Source: Octopus bimaculoides (taxonomy: Eukaryota). From it: a stretch of 64,000 bases of DNA. This document shows, piece after piece, positions 36,901 through 50,529 of this stretch (position 1 is its first letter; the number at the start of each line of letters is the position of its first letter). The stretch is taken from positions 3,236,406 to 3,300,405 of the forward strand of contig NC_068988.1 in the NCBI RefSeq assembly GCF_001194135.2, written 5' to 3'. The notes under the pieces are model-generated. The model had not been told where the DNA came from and searched no databases. It saw only the letters and a program-made list of their open reading frames with translations. A program made the translations under genes and the position numbers.

Positions 36901-39900
36901 AATATTGGTATTCAAACTGAGCTTTCATAATAAAACGAACCTTCCTATAATCCACATCTTTTGTTGTCTAATTGCATCACAGAATTTTAATTAACAATTT
37001 TTAACTAGTTACCAATTACCTTTGGATTTTTTTTCCACTGATCATTGCAATAACAAACATCACCAATAGACTATTTGTCATTACAAAAACATTATCTTCA
37101 TGACATTTTGAGAAATAAGTTATAATTATGAATTTGAAACAATAAAATCTCTGAGGAATATATCACACTGGAGTTCATAAGAAAATAAAAATTATCGATA
37201 GTGTTTTGCTGTTTCTATTTTTTCATTTCCAAAATAGCAACTAAACGCAACAATTTAAAGGAGATTAAGGTTTTTTTTTTCATAATTTAAATAAAAAAGT
37301 AGGTGCGTGTATGTGGGGGGGGGGGCATAACCTTGACTTCTTCACTTTGTAAAATTTGGTCTGTTACAGTTACAAGAAGAATGGCATTGACCAACTTAAT
37401 AACCTGAAAAACTATGGAATTAGAAATTTACTTTTGTCAATATTCTTTCTTTTTTTCCTTACTTAGGAACCAACAATCTCAACTAGAGCAATTAAAATAT
37501 TGTTCCAGGCACAAAACAAAATAGTTAATTCTTATAGTGTTCTGGATTAACTAATTAAACAAACTTACTCTTAGGTGAGAATGATAATAGTAATACAGTC
37601 TGGAAGAATTTTAAAAATCAATTTTAAAAATGAATTTGTATTAATCACAGTTGCTATAAAAACCATTTCTGTACTTTTTTATTGCTTAAAGGCAAAAGTA
37701 TTAAAAGTATTAATTGATTTGAAGCTTATTCTCCAAAACCTTATATTAATTAAAAACCCCTACAGATATCTTTCAAGACCAGCTGCTGATTCAGTGAATT
37801 TCATTAAAAACAAAAAGAAAGGCAGTATCAGCGTCAAACAGTCATAAGCACACTTTAGCTTCGTTAAAAATATGTTTGTGACATATTTCAACTTCTAAAG
37901 GCAAATTCACTCCAGTTGCCATGAAGAAAAATTCCTCTTATAGTAAAATGGTGTAAAAACACCATATCTGTCTTGTGATGCCTCCTGTCAGATTCCTAGA
38001 TACTGCATTTCTAGCTCTGTGGCTGGAGTCAATGAAAAATACTGAAGAGAGGTAACTCTGGACAGATTTAAAGCCATAGCTTTAACTAAAATGCAGCAGT
38101 CAACAACATTGACTGAGTTGTGCAATTAGATTGCCAGGTTGGAAGAAATTAAGAACTATTGGTGCCAAACAGTGTTTAGACATAAGCAAACTTTAGGTTA
38201 CTTACAATGTAGCATGTGTTCCTTTTTCTCCTACAACTGAAATTCTATTATTCTGGCTTTTGTGAAGGAAAATTTTACTTTTTTGTTAGAATAAAAACAC
38301 GTCATCAAGAAAGCTGAATTTAAGAATTCATGCGTATTACAGATTAAGAGTTTTGGGAAATTCTTACAAGAGTTTTGTCACTCTTATGAATCCTTTCAGA
38401 GTAGAACAGTAAAGTTTGACAATAAAACAATCCTGTGCTTGCCTCTCGTTAATAGTGAACGTGCTGTCTTATCTTCGAACTTTTGACAGAAATACTTTTA
38501 ATATAATAAGTCATTAAATATATATAAGTAGAAATAAAGTTTGTAATTTCTAATTGTTTGAAGAGGTGAAATATCATTTATGAAAAGAAAAATTAAAATT
38601 ATCAAAATAAATTTTTTAAAATCTTTATGCAATCTATTCCTATTATTACACAGTATCAATGGATGTTTTATCATTGTTTCACGTTAAATTACGAACAGGC
38701 ACCTCCTCTTGCTTTTACTTAAAGAAGGATTTGAATGTACTTTTTTTGCTTGTCCATCACAGTGTAAACAAATGTCAAATGGTTTTCCCTACAGCAATTG
38801 CTTAAAGCAAGGGGGAATTAATAATTGAAAGTGGAGTATTGATATTGCTCTTCTTGGGTTTTTAGTGACACAACACAGGAGAAAGTAATGATAGGAGATG
38901 CTTCCAACAAGATTCAATCAACAACCGAATGACTTTCTGGAATTTGTAGCATTTACTTAAATTTGTATTTGTTTTCTGTTCAAACTGGCCAAATACAGTC
39001 TCTTACACCAATGCTACAATGTCATACTGAAAGTAAATGATCCCATAATTGAAATTTCAAAGTTACAAGATAATGCCTGATTAATTCAAAACAAAAGTGT
39101 AAATAAATAAGCATTACATTTGACAGACTAATCTGAATGGTAGAGGGTTAGGCTATAATTTAGATCCCTGCAGCCTGGTCACCAAGATATAACAAAGTAC
39201 CACCAGATGGACCTTCAACTACAAAACAAAGTAGTACCAAATGTATAACCACCACCATTCTAAATGCAAGAACACAAGGAAACCCATCAAATTAGATTAG
39301 TAGTTTAGAACCCTAACCAGATAGCCACTGCATCTCCTTAAAATAACAAACAGATTCTTCTTCATATAAGACATCCTGTTAATTCCTCTTTGGGGTTAGT
39401 TAACGATGACATTTACGGCTGGCAATGTCACGTAACTGCTTCTACTTTTGACACATTAACTAAAAGTAGTTATGTACATGTGTGTATGTGTGAGTGTATA
39501 TATATGTGTGTGTGTGCATGAGAGACACAGGGGGAGAGAGAAATAATGTGTGTGTGTGGATGTTGTCTAATTTTGTGAAATAGCTGTGCTAAATATTGCA
39601 TGTAATGTAATTAGAAATGAGAGGAAATTCTACCTATCTTGCTTTCGAATGAAATTCCTTTCTTAAGATCCAATTAATAAGAAAAGATTTAAAAGTTCAG
39701 GATATTATTACCAGCATTTATTGCTGCTATTGATATTAAGGGACATCAGGAAGGTACTAAGAAATCAAATGCGATGTAATTGGTTCCTATAAAAGACAAT
39801 TTTACTTAAGATTCTGATGTATTATTTAAATTACCATTTTAACTTTGTAGCTCAGCATAGCATTCTTATCTTATCAGTAATGCACTGGATTTTGAAATGG

Positions 39901-41164
39901 CGTAAACTTCAAACATACTTTGCCATTTCTATATCGCATTTCCCATCTTACGAATGTCTTAAGGGAATGTAGAAGCTGCAAAGTTGTAAAAACATCATAA
40001 TAAATCAACTAAGAAAGAACTTAATACCTTAATAGGAGAGTGCCAAATTACACTGAATAATTGACAACCGATTTGGTACCTTACAAATTACTGCTTTGAG
40101 TTTTCAAAGAATGGCTTGATTAACCAAGAATTTTTGTCTCTTGGCTTGATAAATATTCAAAGCACATTATGATAAAGTATTAAGAACAAGATAAAATTCT
40201 TAATATTTTACATTATTGATAAGTACTTCAGTGGTTAAATCCATTTCACAAATTTGGGGGGGGGTTTATTATTGGGTTAAATCCATTCAGAGCTATTTTA
40301 GAGAGAGAAGTAGCTCTGCTATGCTCCACATCCTCACTTTAATACATGCTTATAAACGCTGAGCCATATTTAATGAATAAATTCCCACCCAATAACATTT
40401 TAGAATCCATTATCTTCTCATGGCACACAAACAACATCAGTTTAACTTGACTGAACTTCACATTGCTAAAAGAAAGCATCACCAGTCTTCTAATATATGG
40501 CTTCATCTTTCAATATCAGTTTGATTTGGAAGAAGTTGTGCCTGTGGTCTATGTTGGCACCCCAGAACCATCGAAGTTGATGTGGTTAAGTTTCCTTTGG
40601 AATATTTACCAAGTAATGACTGCAGGAAAAATATGAGCAAACAGGGTATTTCAGAGGAATAGCTTCTGGGAAGAAACAACTGAGCTTAGAGGCATAGTGT
40701 AAGGAAGAGATGAACATGAGAGATAGAAATAATTTAAAAAAAAACTTTTAGCCGTTGGGATAGTTTAGGTTGTACTCTACCTGTAGCTAAGACTCTGAGC
40801 GACCTTCCTAGCTAAATAAGGTAACCAAAACCTTAAACAGTTTGGTATAATATATATCTATAGAGATCTATATTATATGAGCTAAATCTTGTACTGTTTG
40901 GCATAAGAGAGTTGAGACTTGAAATAGTATATCTACAAATATCAGTCCTTGCTATTTCCATAGAATTCTTCCAATAAGTGAGCTGGAGGTGTCTGATGAA
41001 CAGTGGTATGAGACATAATAGTTTCAAAGAGACAAATCTATTATAATAGTGACAGGAAATTCAGAAACAAAACACTGCATGTCTTTGGGCTTGATATTGG
41101 AGAGAATTGAGAAGCAAATTAATATGATATTGTGAGTTTTATTGGAAAGTATTATATATCACTA

Positions 41165-41482
41165 TATGTCGTTGTTAGTTGTTTGTTCCTTCTCAAGCCA
41201 TGCCTGGCTCATAAGGGCCACTTTCCCAGTTTCATTGGCATATAGGTTCCCCACCTGGATGGGATACCAGTCTGTCACAGGTAAGCTGCTAGAATCAGGA
41301 GGAAAGAGTGAGAGAAAGTTGTGGTGAAAGAGTCAGCAGAAGTTTGCCATTACCTTCTGCCGGAGCCACATGGAGCTTAAGTGTTTTGCTCAAAAACACA
41401 CACATCGCCTGGTCTGAGATTCGAACCTGCAATCTCTCAACTGCGAGTCCACTGCTCTAACTACTAGGCCATGTGCCTCCAC
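41165..41482 (-). mobile_element. Full-length tRNA-derived SINE family D
   Basis: Minus head gtggaggcacaTGGCCTAGTAGttagagc...gcaGGTTCGAATCtcagacc (A and B boxes); tail ttatgagccaggcatggcttgagaaggaacaaacaac. Confidence 0.9.
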
Positions 41483-41584
41483 ATCATATCACTATATGCT
41501 TAGCTGTACTTAAAGGATAAAATGTAATAAAATTATAGCTAAATGCAGAAAAAGGGTAAAGTACATCTATGTAAGATATGCCCA

Positions 41585-41780
41585 ATCATTTCTATGGAAA
41601 ATTCAGGGACTCAATTGCATCAACCCCAGAACTTCCCTGTACTTATTTTTATCAACCCTGAAAGGATGAAAGACAAATTCGATCTCAACAGAACTTGAAC
41701 TCAGATTGCAGAAATGGACAAAAATGCTGTTAAGCATTCAGTCTGGCATGCAAACGGTTCTGCCAACTCACCATCTTAAA
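41585..41780 (-). mobile_element. SINE family A copy; further copies at about 44605-44685 (-), 45015-45160 (-), 55010-55130 (+) and 55140-55350 (+)
   Basis: atcaaccctgaaaggatgaaagacaaattcgatctc...ttgaactcag core. Confidence 0.85.
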
Positions 41781-42938
41781 GAGTCATAACAATATAGTAT
41801 GGCTGTAGATATATTTCACAAAACTGAATTGGAATTTCGTTGCATTGTTTAGCCAAGAATATGGATAGATCATAGCTACAGGCAGTTATCATGTAAACTA
41901 ATAGCTGAATCCCCAAAGTTCCAATATGAGCCAAAATTAACTGCCTTTGAATAAAATGTTTGACCATGTCAATATAATTAAACTACCTTACTCTGTGTTG
42001 CTTGCACACATCTCTATAACATTATTCCCTGTAATGCTTACAGTTTTTCATATCTATTTTCCTTGTCACAAAGTAATTAATTTTGTTTCTTTATAATTAA
42101 ATTGAGACTTTCAGGGCATCTCTTCAGAATGTGCTATTAACAAGAATTCTTGGAATTTCTTTGATCGGTATTCTAGCCAGGAAGTTCCTGCCTTTAATCC
42201 GCAATCTAACATTTAAAATATGAGGTTCTGATAATAAAGACAGTAGATATTCCTGTTGAGGGAGAAACAGTCTTTAAATTGAAGAGGTAGAACAACCATG
42301 ACACATCTACAGCAGCTTTTCCTTTAATTTAATGTTAACATGAAATGTAGAGGACTTCAAATTATGGCTGTTCTTTCTATATTTATTATGGGAAGTGTGT
42401 AAAGATTTTGTTGACAGAAGAAACTGAATAAAAAGGGGTTTTTATTGGCAATTAGTATTCAAGAAAATGTTGGGTTTCCCAATTTTCTCTTTATTTAGCT
42501 TCTAAACCAACAAAATGCTTGCTTAAATATTTCATTCTTTAACTGTATTTGCAGCAGCCATATTGAGCCACATTGTTTACTCCTAGAACTCCTTTTATCA
42601 ATTTTTATTTATTGAATGGCTAAGTTACATTTTTGATATAAAGGCTCATAGTTCATGGCTTCCTATCAGAAGGCACCACTGCAATATGCCTTCAAAAATC
42701 TCTCTCTCTCTCTCTCTCTTTCTTTCTCTCTCTCTTTCTCATTTATACCCTTTCAACTATAATTCTCCTTGAGTTTTTGCTTTGTCCAGCACTGACCACT
42801 ACACACATTCCTTCCTTTCCAGAATGGTGGGCTTTTCTTTAAGAATATGGTCACAGTCCTGCCTCCCTACATACCAAGCCAAAAGGAAAAAGTAATAAAC
42901 ACACACAGTCATACACATAATCACATGAGTCTGCACAT

Positions 42939-43005
<67 letters not shown>

Positions 43006-44129
43006 AAACTTCTACACAGTTTCAATCTACAATTGGCCAATATGCATCTCTAGTTGTCCAAGTTACCACACAATGAGATTGAACCCAGAACCCCATGGTT
43101 GTGAAGTAAACAACTCAATGACATGGATGTGTCTGTGTTTATATACAAAGAGAACAAACCTCTGTAAACGTTGAATCCATTGCATATATTTTCTACTGAA
43201 TATATTAACTCTGAAGACATCAGCAATGACTGTTCACAGAGTTTGAACCAATGGCCTTTGGTTTATCGATTCCTTAAGCCTTTATACAGTTTTATATCTC
43301 ATAATGCAATACTGCTATCGTTGTTTAGTATTTCCATCAGCATTGCAATACTATTTTGTATAAAATAAATAAATGAATATATAAATATATAAATAAAAGA
43401 CCTGCCAAGCCAGAAATCCTTTCTGTAAAAATCCTTTCTTACTAAACGGCATATTTTCTTGTTTCTTTTTTTTCCTGCAGTTCTCTTATTTAGATATACC
43501 AACCACATCTTTCTCGTAACATCTATAATCAGTGTTATTTTCTAGATAAGGCAGCTAAATGTAAAAAAAAAGTCCATCCTTTGCTGAGATCTCCATTCCT
43601 CTGTTACTCCCATCCAATCTTTAACATCTCAACTACTATTAACTAAAGCATAGGGATTTTAAGATGCCATAATGTTTACCTCAGTGTCAGAAGTTCAAGC
43701 ATAAGAATTGGCCATTTGATGCAATCATTTCATTTCCCAGTGTCACAGCAGCATAATCTGATCCTTACTATTTTTAAAAGCTATAAATCCTGGGACAAAC
43801 CATTCTTTATAAAGGAAGAATGGTCATTATCAAATCACTGATAAAGTGATGAAGTTTGGTGCAAAGTGACATGTCAGATATACCATTCCATTTGCCAAAA
43901 ACGAAGTAATTCTCTCATTTTTTAGTATAGTGTTTTGGTAAAAGACTAAGAAATCAGGCTGAAATACAGGATTTTGAAACTATATTTTAATGAATAAAAG
44001 TTACCAAATCCATGTTGCAACAAAACAATTAACAATAAATGTTAATGAAGATTAAACAATGATTAGATTGCTATAACCTACAGATTGAACAGACATATTA
44101 CAACAATTACATGAAGTCAAGGAGGCAGT

Positions 44130-44305
44130 AACACACACACACATGATGGACTCCTTTCAATTTCCATCTACCAAATTTAATTTACAAGGCTTAGGTCAGT
44201 CTGGGGTTATAAAAGAAGACAGTTGTCCAAGGACTGTACAGTGGGATGCCATTGAAATATGCAACTGGGTAGCGAACTTCCTACAACGTTGCCATGCCTC
44301 CATCT
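44130..44305 (-). mobile_element. SINE family B 5' half; other fragments at about 43060-43130 (-), 47720-47865 (+) and 6765-6800 (+)
   Basis: ctttcaatttccatctaccaaattt...aagaagacagttgtccaagg is the inverse of the family B head. Confidence 0.75.
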
Positions 44306-45606
44306 CATTCTTTATTATATTTATTAATCTCTATGACAAATGAATGAACATCACAGTATCCCAATAATCGCCAGTCCTCATATAAATCTCTCTCTCTCTC
44401 CCCATAGATATATATATGTTTATCGCCATGCTTCAGTCCAGATGACCCAATCAGAAACAGACTGGACAGCAGCAAACGGCTCCGGGCTCATCATTTCATT
44501 CACACGATAAATCACTTGCTTGACAAACCAGCAAAGAGAGTCTGGATGGGATCAGTTGACTTGCTACAAACAGCAGCTCAATCTCTCACAGATAATGCTT
44601 TATCACATTGGTTTCAAATTTTGGCACGAGGCCAGCAATTTCAGGGGAGGGGGTTAAGTTGATTGCATTGACCCCAGTACTCATCATCATCATCATCATC
44701 CAGTGTTTTAAATCTGGGTTTTGTCCCTGTTAACAAAGGTGGCCGGATCTACCTCAACGCCATAGCAACAGAGGTAGGCAGGTACAGGCTACCCCAACCT
44801 CTGGGCTGGCTGGTGCTCATTCTCCTTTGCTATAATGAGGCTTTTCTGGAGCTGGATTTTCTACGGGGAGCATGCCCTTGCTTACCCCCAACCTCAGTTT
44901 CTAGACATGAGTGGTCCTAAGACCAAGGCCTCTACCACGATTTTTAAGAAATGTGGTGGGAAACTAGCTCAAGAAGGCAGGGATGCTACTTCATGAGACC
45001 CCTTTCAGAGCCCCACTACCTCAACTGATCCTTATTTTATCAACCCTGAAAGGATAAAATGTGAAGCTGACCCTTGTGGAATTTGAACTCAAAACATAAA
45101 GACAAATGAAATGTTGTTAAATATTTTGCCCAGTGGGCTAACAAGTCTTCCAGCTCACACTTTAATCATGCCCTGTCATATTGAATAATGAATAATACAT
45201 TTAATCATATATTTCTGGATATGCAAAACAAATGGTGAAGGCATGGCTGGGGTGCCTTTGGTCAATACATTTTCTCAATCTGAACTGGTCAAAGGGTCAA
45301 ATTATACAAATCCCACAGCCTGGTTTTCTACTTGACAGATGTAGGAGATATCTGGGAGAAATTACCTGTTGATTGCATCCAATCAACACATGCCCTGTGA
45401 CCTCTCACCTATGACCTATGATCAAGTCGTCTCTTCAATCAAGGTTTACTTTGGGGATAAGCCTCCTCCTCCTCCACACCATTATTGATATCAATGTTGG
45501 TGGCAGTGGTGTCATAGTTCTCCTCCTCCTCTTCATCAAAAGTCATTATTGTTGTCATCATTTTTGGGGGTGTTGATATCATTATCATTATCACCATCGT
45601 CATCAA

Positions 45607-45637
<31 letters not shown>

Positions 45638-46479
45638 GGCAACAGCAGCACCAGCATAACATGAAGAACAACATTATCAACAGCAACAACAACAACAACA
45701 ACACCGACTATCAAACTGGGTTATCTTCAGATTTGTACAATGATGGATATGAAGGTAAATGGAAGGATTTAATTTAGATATCATTAACAACTGTCAGAGA
45801 TTAACTGGGTGTTTGGTTTTGTTTGTGCCATATTCCTGGCAATGGCATCTTTTAATTGTCTGCAGGCCTTCATTCAGGGGCTGTTATTAGCAAGACGTCA
45901 GTCTATTAGAGATTTTATACAAAGGCAAAGCTTAAACTCCTGTAATATTATCAGCAAAGAAAACACTTGTGAAACCAAACCATATTTGTCAACTGGATTC
46001 CCATTGCAGATCTTTTATGGTAAAGGAACAAAATAAAAAAAGACTTTTATTTTACCTTTTGTATGGAGGTGATGGCGTTGGTCATGGAGGTTGTTGGGCT
46101 GGTGGAATCGAGAAAACATTGTAAGACATGTCAGCCACCGTTTCAAGCGATTCGAAGATTTAATTTATTGTAATTAAATGTAGGTTTTGACATACTTCCC
46201 TTTCAAATCCTCCTCTTCCTCCTCCTCCTCCTCTCTTTGTGATCGCATCACATCATTTGGCTGTCTTTCAACTCATTCGGTATTTATCACTGCTTTAATT
46301 GAATTCCTTTACTTCATTCCACTTGATTTCCATTCCTTCCACTACATCCCAACGAGATAGACAAAGTTTATTTCAGTGGCCATGAACAAGCACAAGGCAG
46401 CTCATTTAATAAAACATTTCTTGTATTAGAAGGATTATAAAAGACTTTAAGGTTCATTGTCCCCACTGCTACTTCCATA

Positions 46480-46925
46480 TTTCACCATTCCCTCCCACCC
46501 ACATTCTTTAACCCCTCCCCTCTTTCTATAACTCACTCTTTCTCTCTATTATAAATCTTCCTCTCTCTATTATAAATCTTCCTCTCTTTATATCCCTGTT
46601 TCCTATTTAAAATTTCTCCTCCTCTCATTTTCTTAATCATTCTTTATGTTTCTCTCTCTTACTCCACTAAATCTATACTCTCTCTTTCTATTGCTTTCTA
46701 TTGCTTTCTCCCTCTATTACCCTTTATCTTTTCCTTATAACTTTCTCTCCCTCCCCTCTTCCTCCCTCTCACTCTCTCTTTTATCTCCTACAACGTTCTT
46801 CCCTCTTTCTCCCCCTCCCCCTTCATTTTCCTTTATTTGTAATATTCAACATAGTCACTTTTACTATTACTTTTTCTCCCCCTTTTGTACCCCCCTTTCT
46901 CTCTCTCTCCCTCTCTCTTTCTCTC

Positions 46926-46972
<47 letters not shown>
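46480..46972. repeat. Pyrimidine-rich low-complexity tract ending in (CT)n
   Basis: Read directly. Confidence 0.85.
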
Positions 46973-46976
<4 letters not shown>

Positions 46977-47424
46977 GGTGGAGAAAATGGGATCGAAATA
47001 CTGCAAGGTAAAATAATGTATTTTTTTTGAAGGTGAAAACACTTTACAAAGTGTGTCATATAANNNNNNNNNNNNNNNNNNNNNNNNNNNNNNNNNNNNN
47101 NNNNNNNNNNNNNNNNNNNNNNNNNNNNNNNNNNNNNNNNNNNNNNNNNNNNNNNNNNNNNNNNNNNNNNNNNNNNNNNNNNNNNNNNNNNNNNNNNNNN
47201 NNNNNNNNNNNNNNNNNNNNNNNNNNNNNNNNNNNNNNNNNNNNNNNNNNNNNNNNNNNNNNNNNNNNNNNNNNNNNNNNNNNNNNNNNNNNNNNNNNNN
47301 NNNNNNNNNNNNNNNNNNNNNNNNNNNNNNNNNNNNNNNNNNNNNNNNNNNNNNNNNNNNNNNNNNNNNNNNNNNNNNNNAAACAACCAACAGAAGACGA
47401 CCAACTTTCTTTTAAATAAACTTA

Positions 47425-47486
47425 ACTGTGTATCGGCCGATTTCGTGATTACTACAATGAATCTAGATTTCGTTCATCAGCACAGT
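47425..47486 (-). ncRNA. Hammerhead-like motif with aberrant stem II
   Basis: Minus strand: ACTGTG-CTGATGA-(29 nt)-GAA-ATCGGCCGAT-A-CACAGT. Perfect 6-bp stem I, intact core and a 10-nt palindromic stem III; the 29-nt segment does not close a canonical stem II. Confidence 0.4.
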
Positions 47487-47519
47487 ATTGTCCCAAAAAT
47501 ATATATAAATAAACAGAAT

Positions 47520-47630
47520 TCTCACCTCACCAAAAACGAACACACTACGTATCCGACAGAGTAAAGGGAATGAAGTTTATCTGTATATATCTTCATCAAA
47601 GAAGCGGGAATACTTCCGGGTTGCTTCTGG
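47520..47630 (-). promoter_or_regulatory. Candidate promoter / first non-coding exon
   Basis: Locally CpG-enriched; ETS-like ACTTCCGG at 47612-47619; minus-strand donor-like GTGAGG/GTGAGA at 47530/47525. No transcript evidence. Confidence 0.25.
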
Positions 47631-47984
47631 GTAACCATGTGGAGACAGGAATAAAAATTCAACATTGAATATATTCCGTGTATATATTTGATAAATAAAT
47701 TCAAAAAGGGACAAAACTCTTTTAGGTGTGGCTTTGTGGTAAGAAGCTTGCTTCCCAACCAGCTGTTTGGCAGAAGAAACCAATAAAATAAATACTAAGC
47801 GTAAAAAATAGGTCCTCGGATTGCTCCAGCATGGCCACAATCAAATGACTGAAACAAGTAAAAGAATATATATATTTTTATTAATATTTATCAAAAGCAA
47901 TACAAGTGACTCAATGGCCCTTGGACCACTCACATTTTCAGTTCTATTTTTCCTGTTTTCATCACCACACACACACAATACATC

Positions 47985-48285
47985 ATCATCATCATCATTT
48001 AACGTCCACTTTCCATGCTGGCATGGGTTGGATGGTTTGACTGAGGACTGACAAGCCAGGAGTCTGCACCAGACTCCAATCTGTTCTGGTGAGATTTCTA
48101 CAGCTTGATGCCCTTCTCAACTCTGAGCGGTTGGCATTAGGAAGGGCATCCAGGAGTAAAAAAAACTCTGCCAAAACAGACACAGTTGCCTAGGATAGTT
48201 TTTCTACCTGGTCAACCTCTGTGAACCATCCTACCCATGCATGCATGGAAGATGGATGTTAAACAATGATGAGGATGATGGTAGT
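47985..48285. mobile_element. Two SINE family C 3' halves in inverted (tails-out) arrangement
   Basis: Left (-): tttaacgtccactttccatgctggcatgggttggatgg...gatgcccttc. Right (+): gaagggcatc...ccatcctacccatgcatgcatggaagatggatgttaaa. Confidence 0.85.
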
Positions 48286-48858
48286 GATGTATATATATTG
48301 ATATTTTCTTCCATCTCATTACACTATTTTTCTGTCATTTGCATTTTATTTCTGTCTTTTTCTTTTATGCACGCTCTCTTTCTCATTTCCTTCTCTCCCT
48401 CACTCTCTGTTTCTCTCACTCTGTTCCCCCCCCTCTCTCATTCAATCTATCTCTTTCTCTTGATCCTTTCCCTCCCGTTTTCTTCCTCTCTTTTCTCATG
48501 ATAGCCATCAATCAGCTAAAGCTTTCGTATCCCTCTCATCACAATCAGATAAAACAGTATTTTTAAGAGATTACCAATAAGCACCTTATGGATCGGAATT
48601 CCTTAATCAAGTAGCAAAACAATAAAGACGTAGAGGGTTTGGTCTCTACCACTGAATGGTGCCCCAAGTATTGATGCAGCCATATATTTCTATGAGTAGT
48701 CTTTGAAGAATATGCAACACTCTGGTTTTTTTATTTGCAACAATTCTTGGAAAAACTGCTTGTGTGTGTGTGTGTGTGTGTGTGTGTATGACTATACATA
48801 TACATATGTATGCATGTATATACATGTGGGATCCATAGTATACATATATATATATGCG

Positions 48859-48893
<35 letters not shown>

Positions 48894-50216
48894 NNNNNNN
48901 NNNNNNNNNNNNNNNNNNNNNNNNNNNNNNNNNNNNNNNNNNNNNNNNNNNNNNNNNNNNNNNNNNNNNNNNNNNNNNNNNNNNNNNNNNNNNNNNNNNN
49001 NNNNNNNNNNNNNNNNNNNNNNNNNNNNNNNNNNNNNNNNNNNNNNNNNNNNNNNNNNNNNNNNNNNNNNNNNNNNNNNNNNNNNNNNNNNNNNNNNNNN
49101 NNNNNNNNNNNNNNNNNNNNNNNNNNNNNNNNNNNNNNNNNNNNNNNNNNNNNNNNNNNNNNNNNNNNNNNNNNNNNNNNNNNNNNNNNNNNNNNNNNNN
49201 NNNNNNNNNNNNNNNNNNNNNNNNNNNNNNNNNNNNNNNNNNNNNNNNNNNNNNNNNNNNNNNNNNNNNNNNNNNNNNNNNNNNNNNNNNNNNNNNNNNN
49301 NNNNNNNNNNNNNNNNNNNNNNNNNNNNNNNNNNNNNNNNNNNNNNNNNNNNNNNNNNNNNNNNNNNNNNNNNNNNNNNNNNNNNNNTATACATACATAT
49401 ATATATACATACATATATATATATAGATAGATAGATATATATATACATATATAAGATACATATATATATATGTATATACAGATATGTACATATAGATGCA
49501 TATGTGTATGTATGAATATGTATGTATGTGTATATATTAGTAAAAAATGTATACATACATGAGTAAATATTTGTAAATATATATGCATAAATGTGTGTGT
49601 GTGTGTGAATACCCATAATGTATATATGTGCACAAGCACACACACACACATACACACACACACACACACACACATACACACACACACACACTATATACAC
49701 ACACACACATGTACATTTTACATGATAATAAAATATCATTTGAAAAGAAGCAGAATCATTCTGCTTTTACCATAATTTGTTTCAGAAACTGCAAAATAAA
49801 AACAAATAAAAAATTCCTCAAAAATCCTCCACACAAAATATCTGTACTGAAATACACAAAAGGAATGTGCATATATTCCTCAAAGAACTGACAACTCAAA
49901 ACACTATTCTGGTTTAGAATTTTACTCAAAATGCATGAAATATGTTTATTCATGTGAATATAGATATTTAATGTTGCATTATGGGTAGATTCTTTGGATG
50001 CTAGAAATTGCAGATTTCAATATCGACAAAAACAGTCGGAGAAGAAAATATTTTCTGGCCATATTGAATATGGCTGCCAGGCATTCTTTCATAATAACAT
50101 CAAGTGAACAGGCTTAGTGATAGAGAATCAGTTTCTGTTTTCCTTTTTTCTATATTTTCATAGTCATCCTCATCATCCTCATCTCAACCTCATCACTATT
50201 TCTTCCTTATCATCAC

Positions 50217-50250
<34 letters not shown>

Positions 50251-50441
50251 GTCGTCGTCGTCGTCATCATCATAATCTACATAATGTTACCAATGATTTT
50301 TATGTCTGTTTTTGGTTTATGATGTCATGATTTGGTCAAGTCTGCAGCAGAATATAAAGTTTATCGAACCAACTTTGTGTGAGAATGGCCAAGCATTCTT
50401 AGACTTGACCTCACCACTTCTTCTTAGATATTCCTTATTCT

Positions 50442-50444
<3 letters not shown>

Positions 50445-50527
<83 letters not shown>
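50445..50527. repeat. (CT)n microsatellite
   Basis: Read directly. Confidence 0.95.

Positions 50528-50529
<2 letters not shown>

Noticed and set aside
38043-38062. CTGAAGA followed by a gag-GTAA-ctc hairpin
   Set aside because: No GAAA, stem III or stem I, so not a hammerhead.
41400-41482. tRNA gene
   Set aside because: The A and B boxes are part of a SINE head; there is no acceptor stem or complete cloverleaf.
42110-42240. Several 30-40-codon open frames on both strands
   Set aside because: All end in stops without consistent splice sites; no frame stands out.
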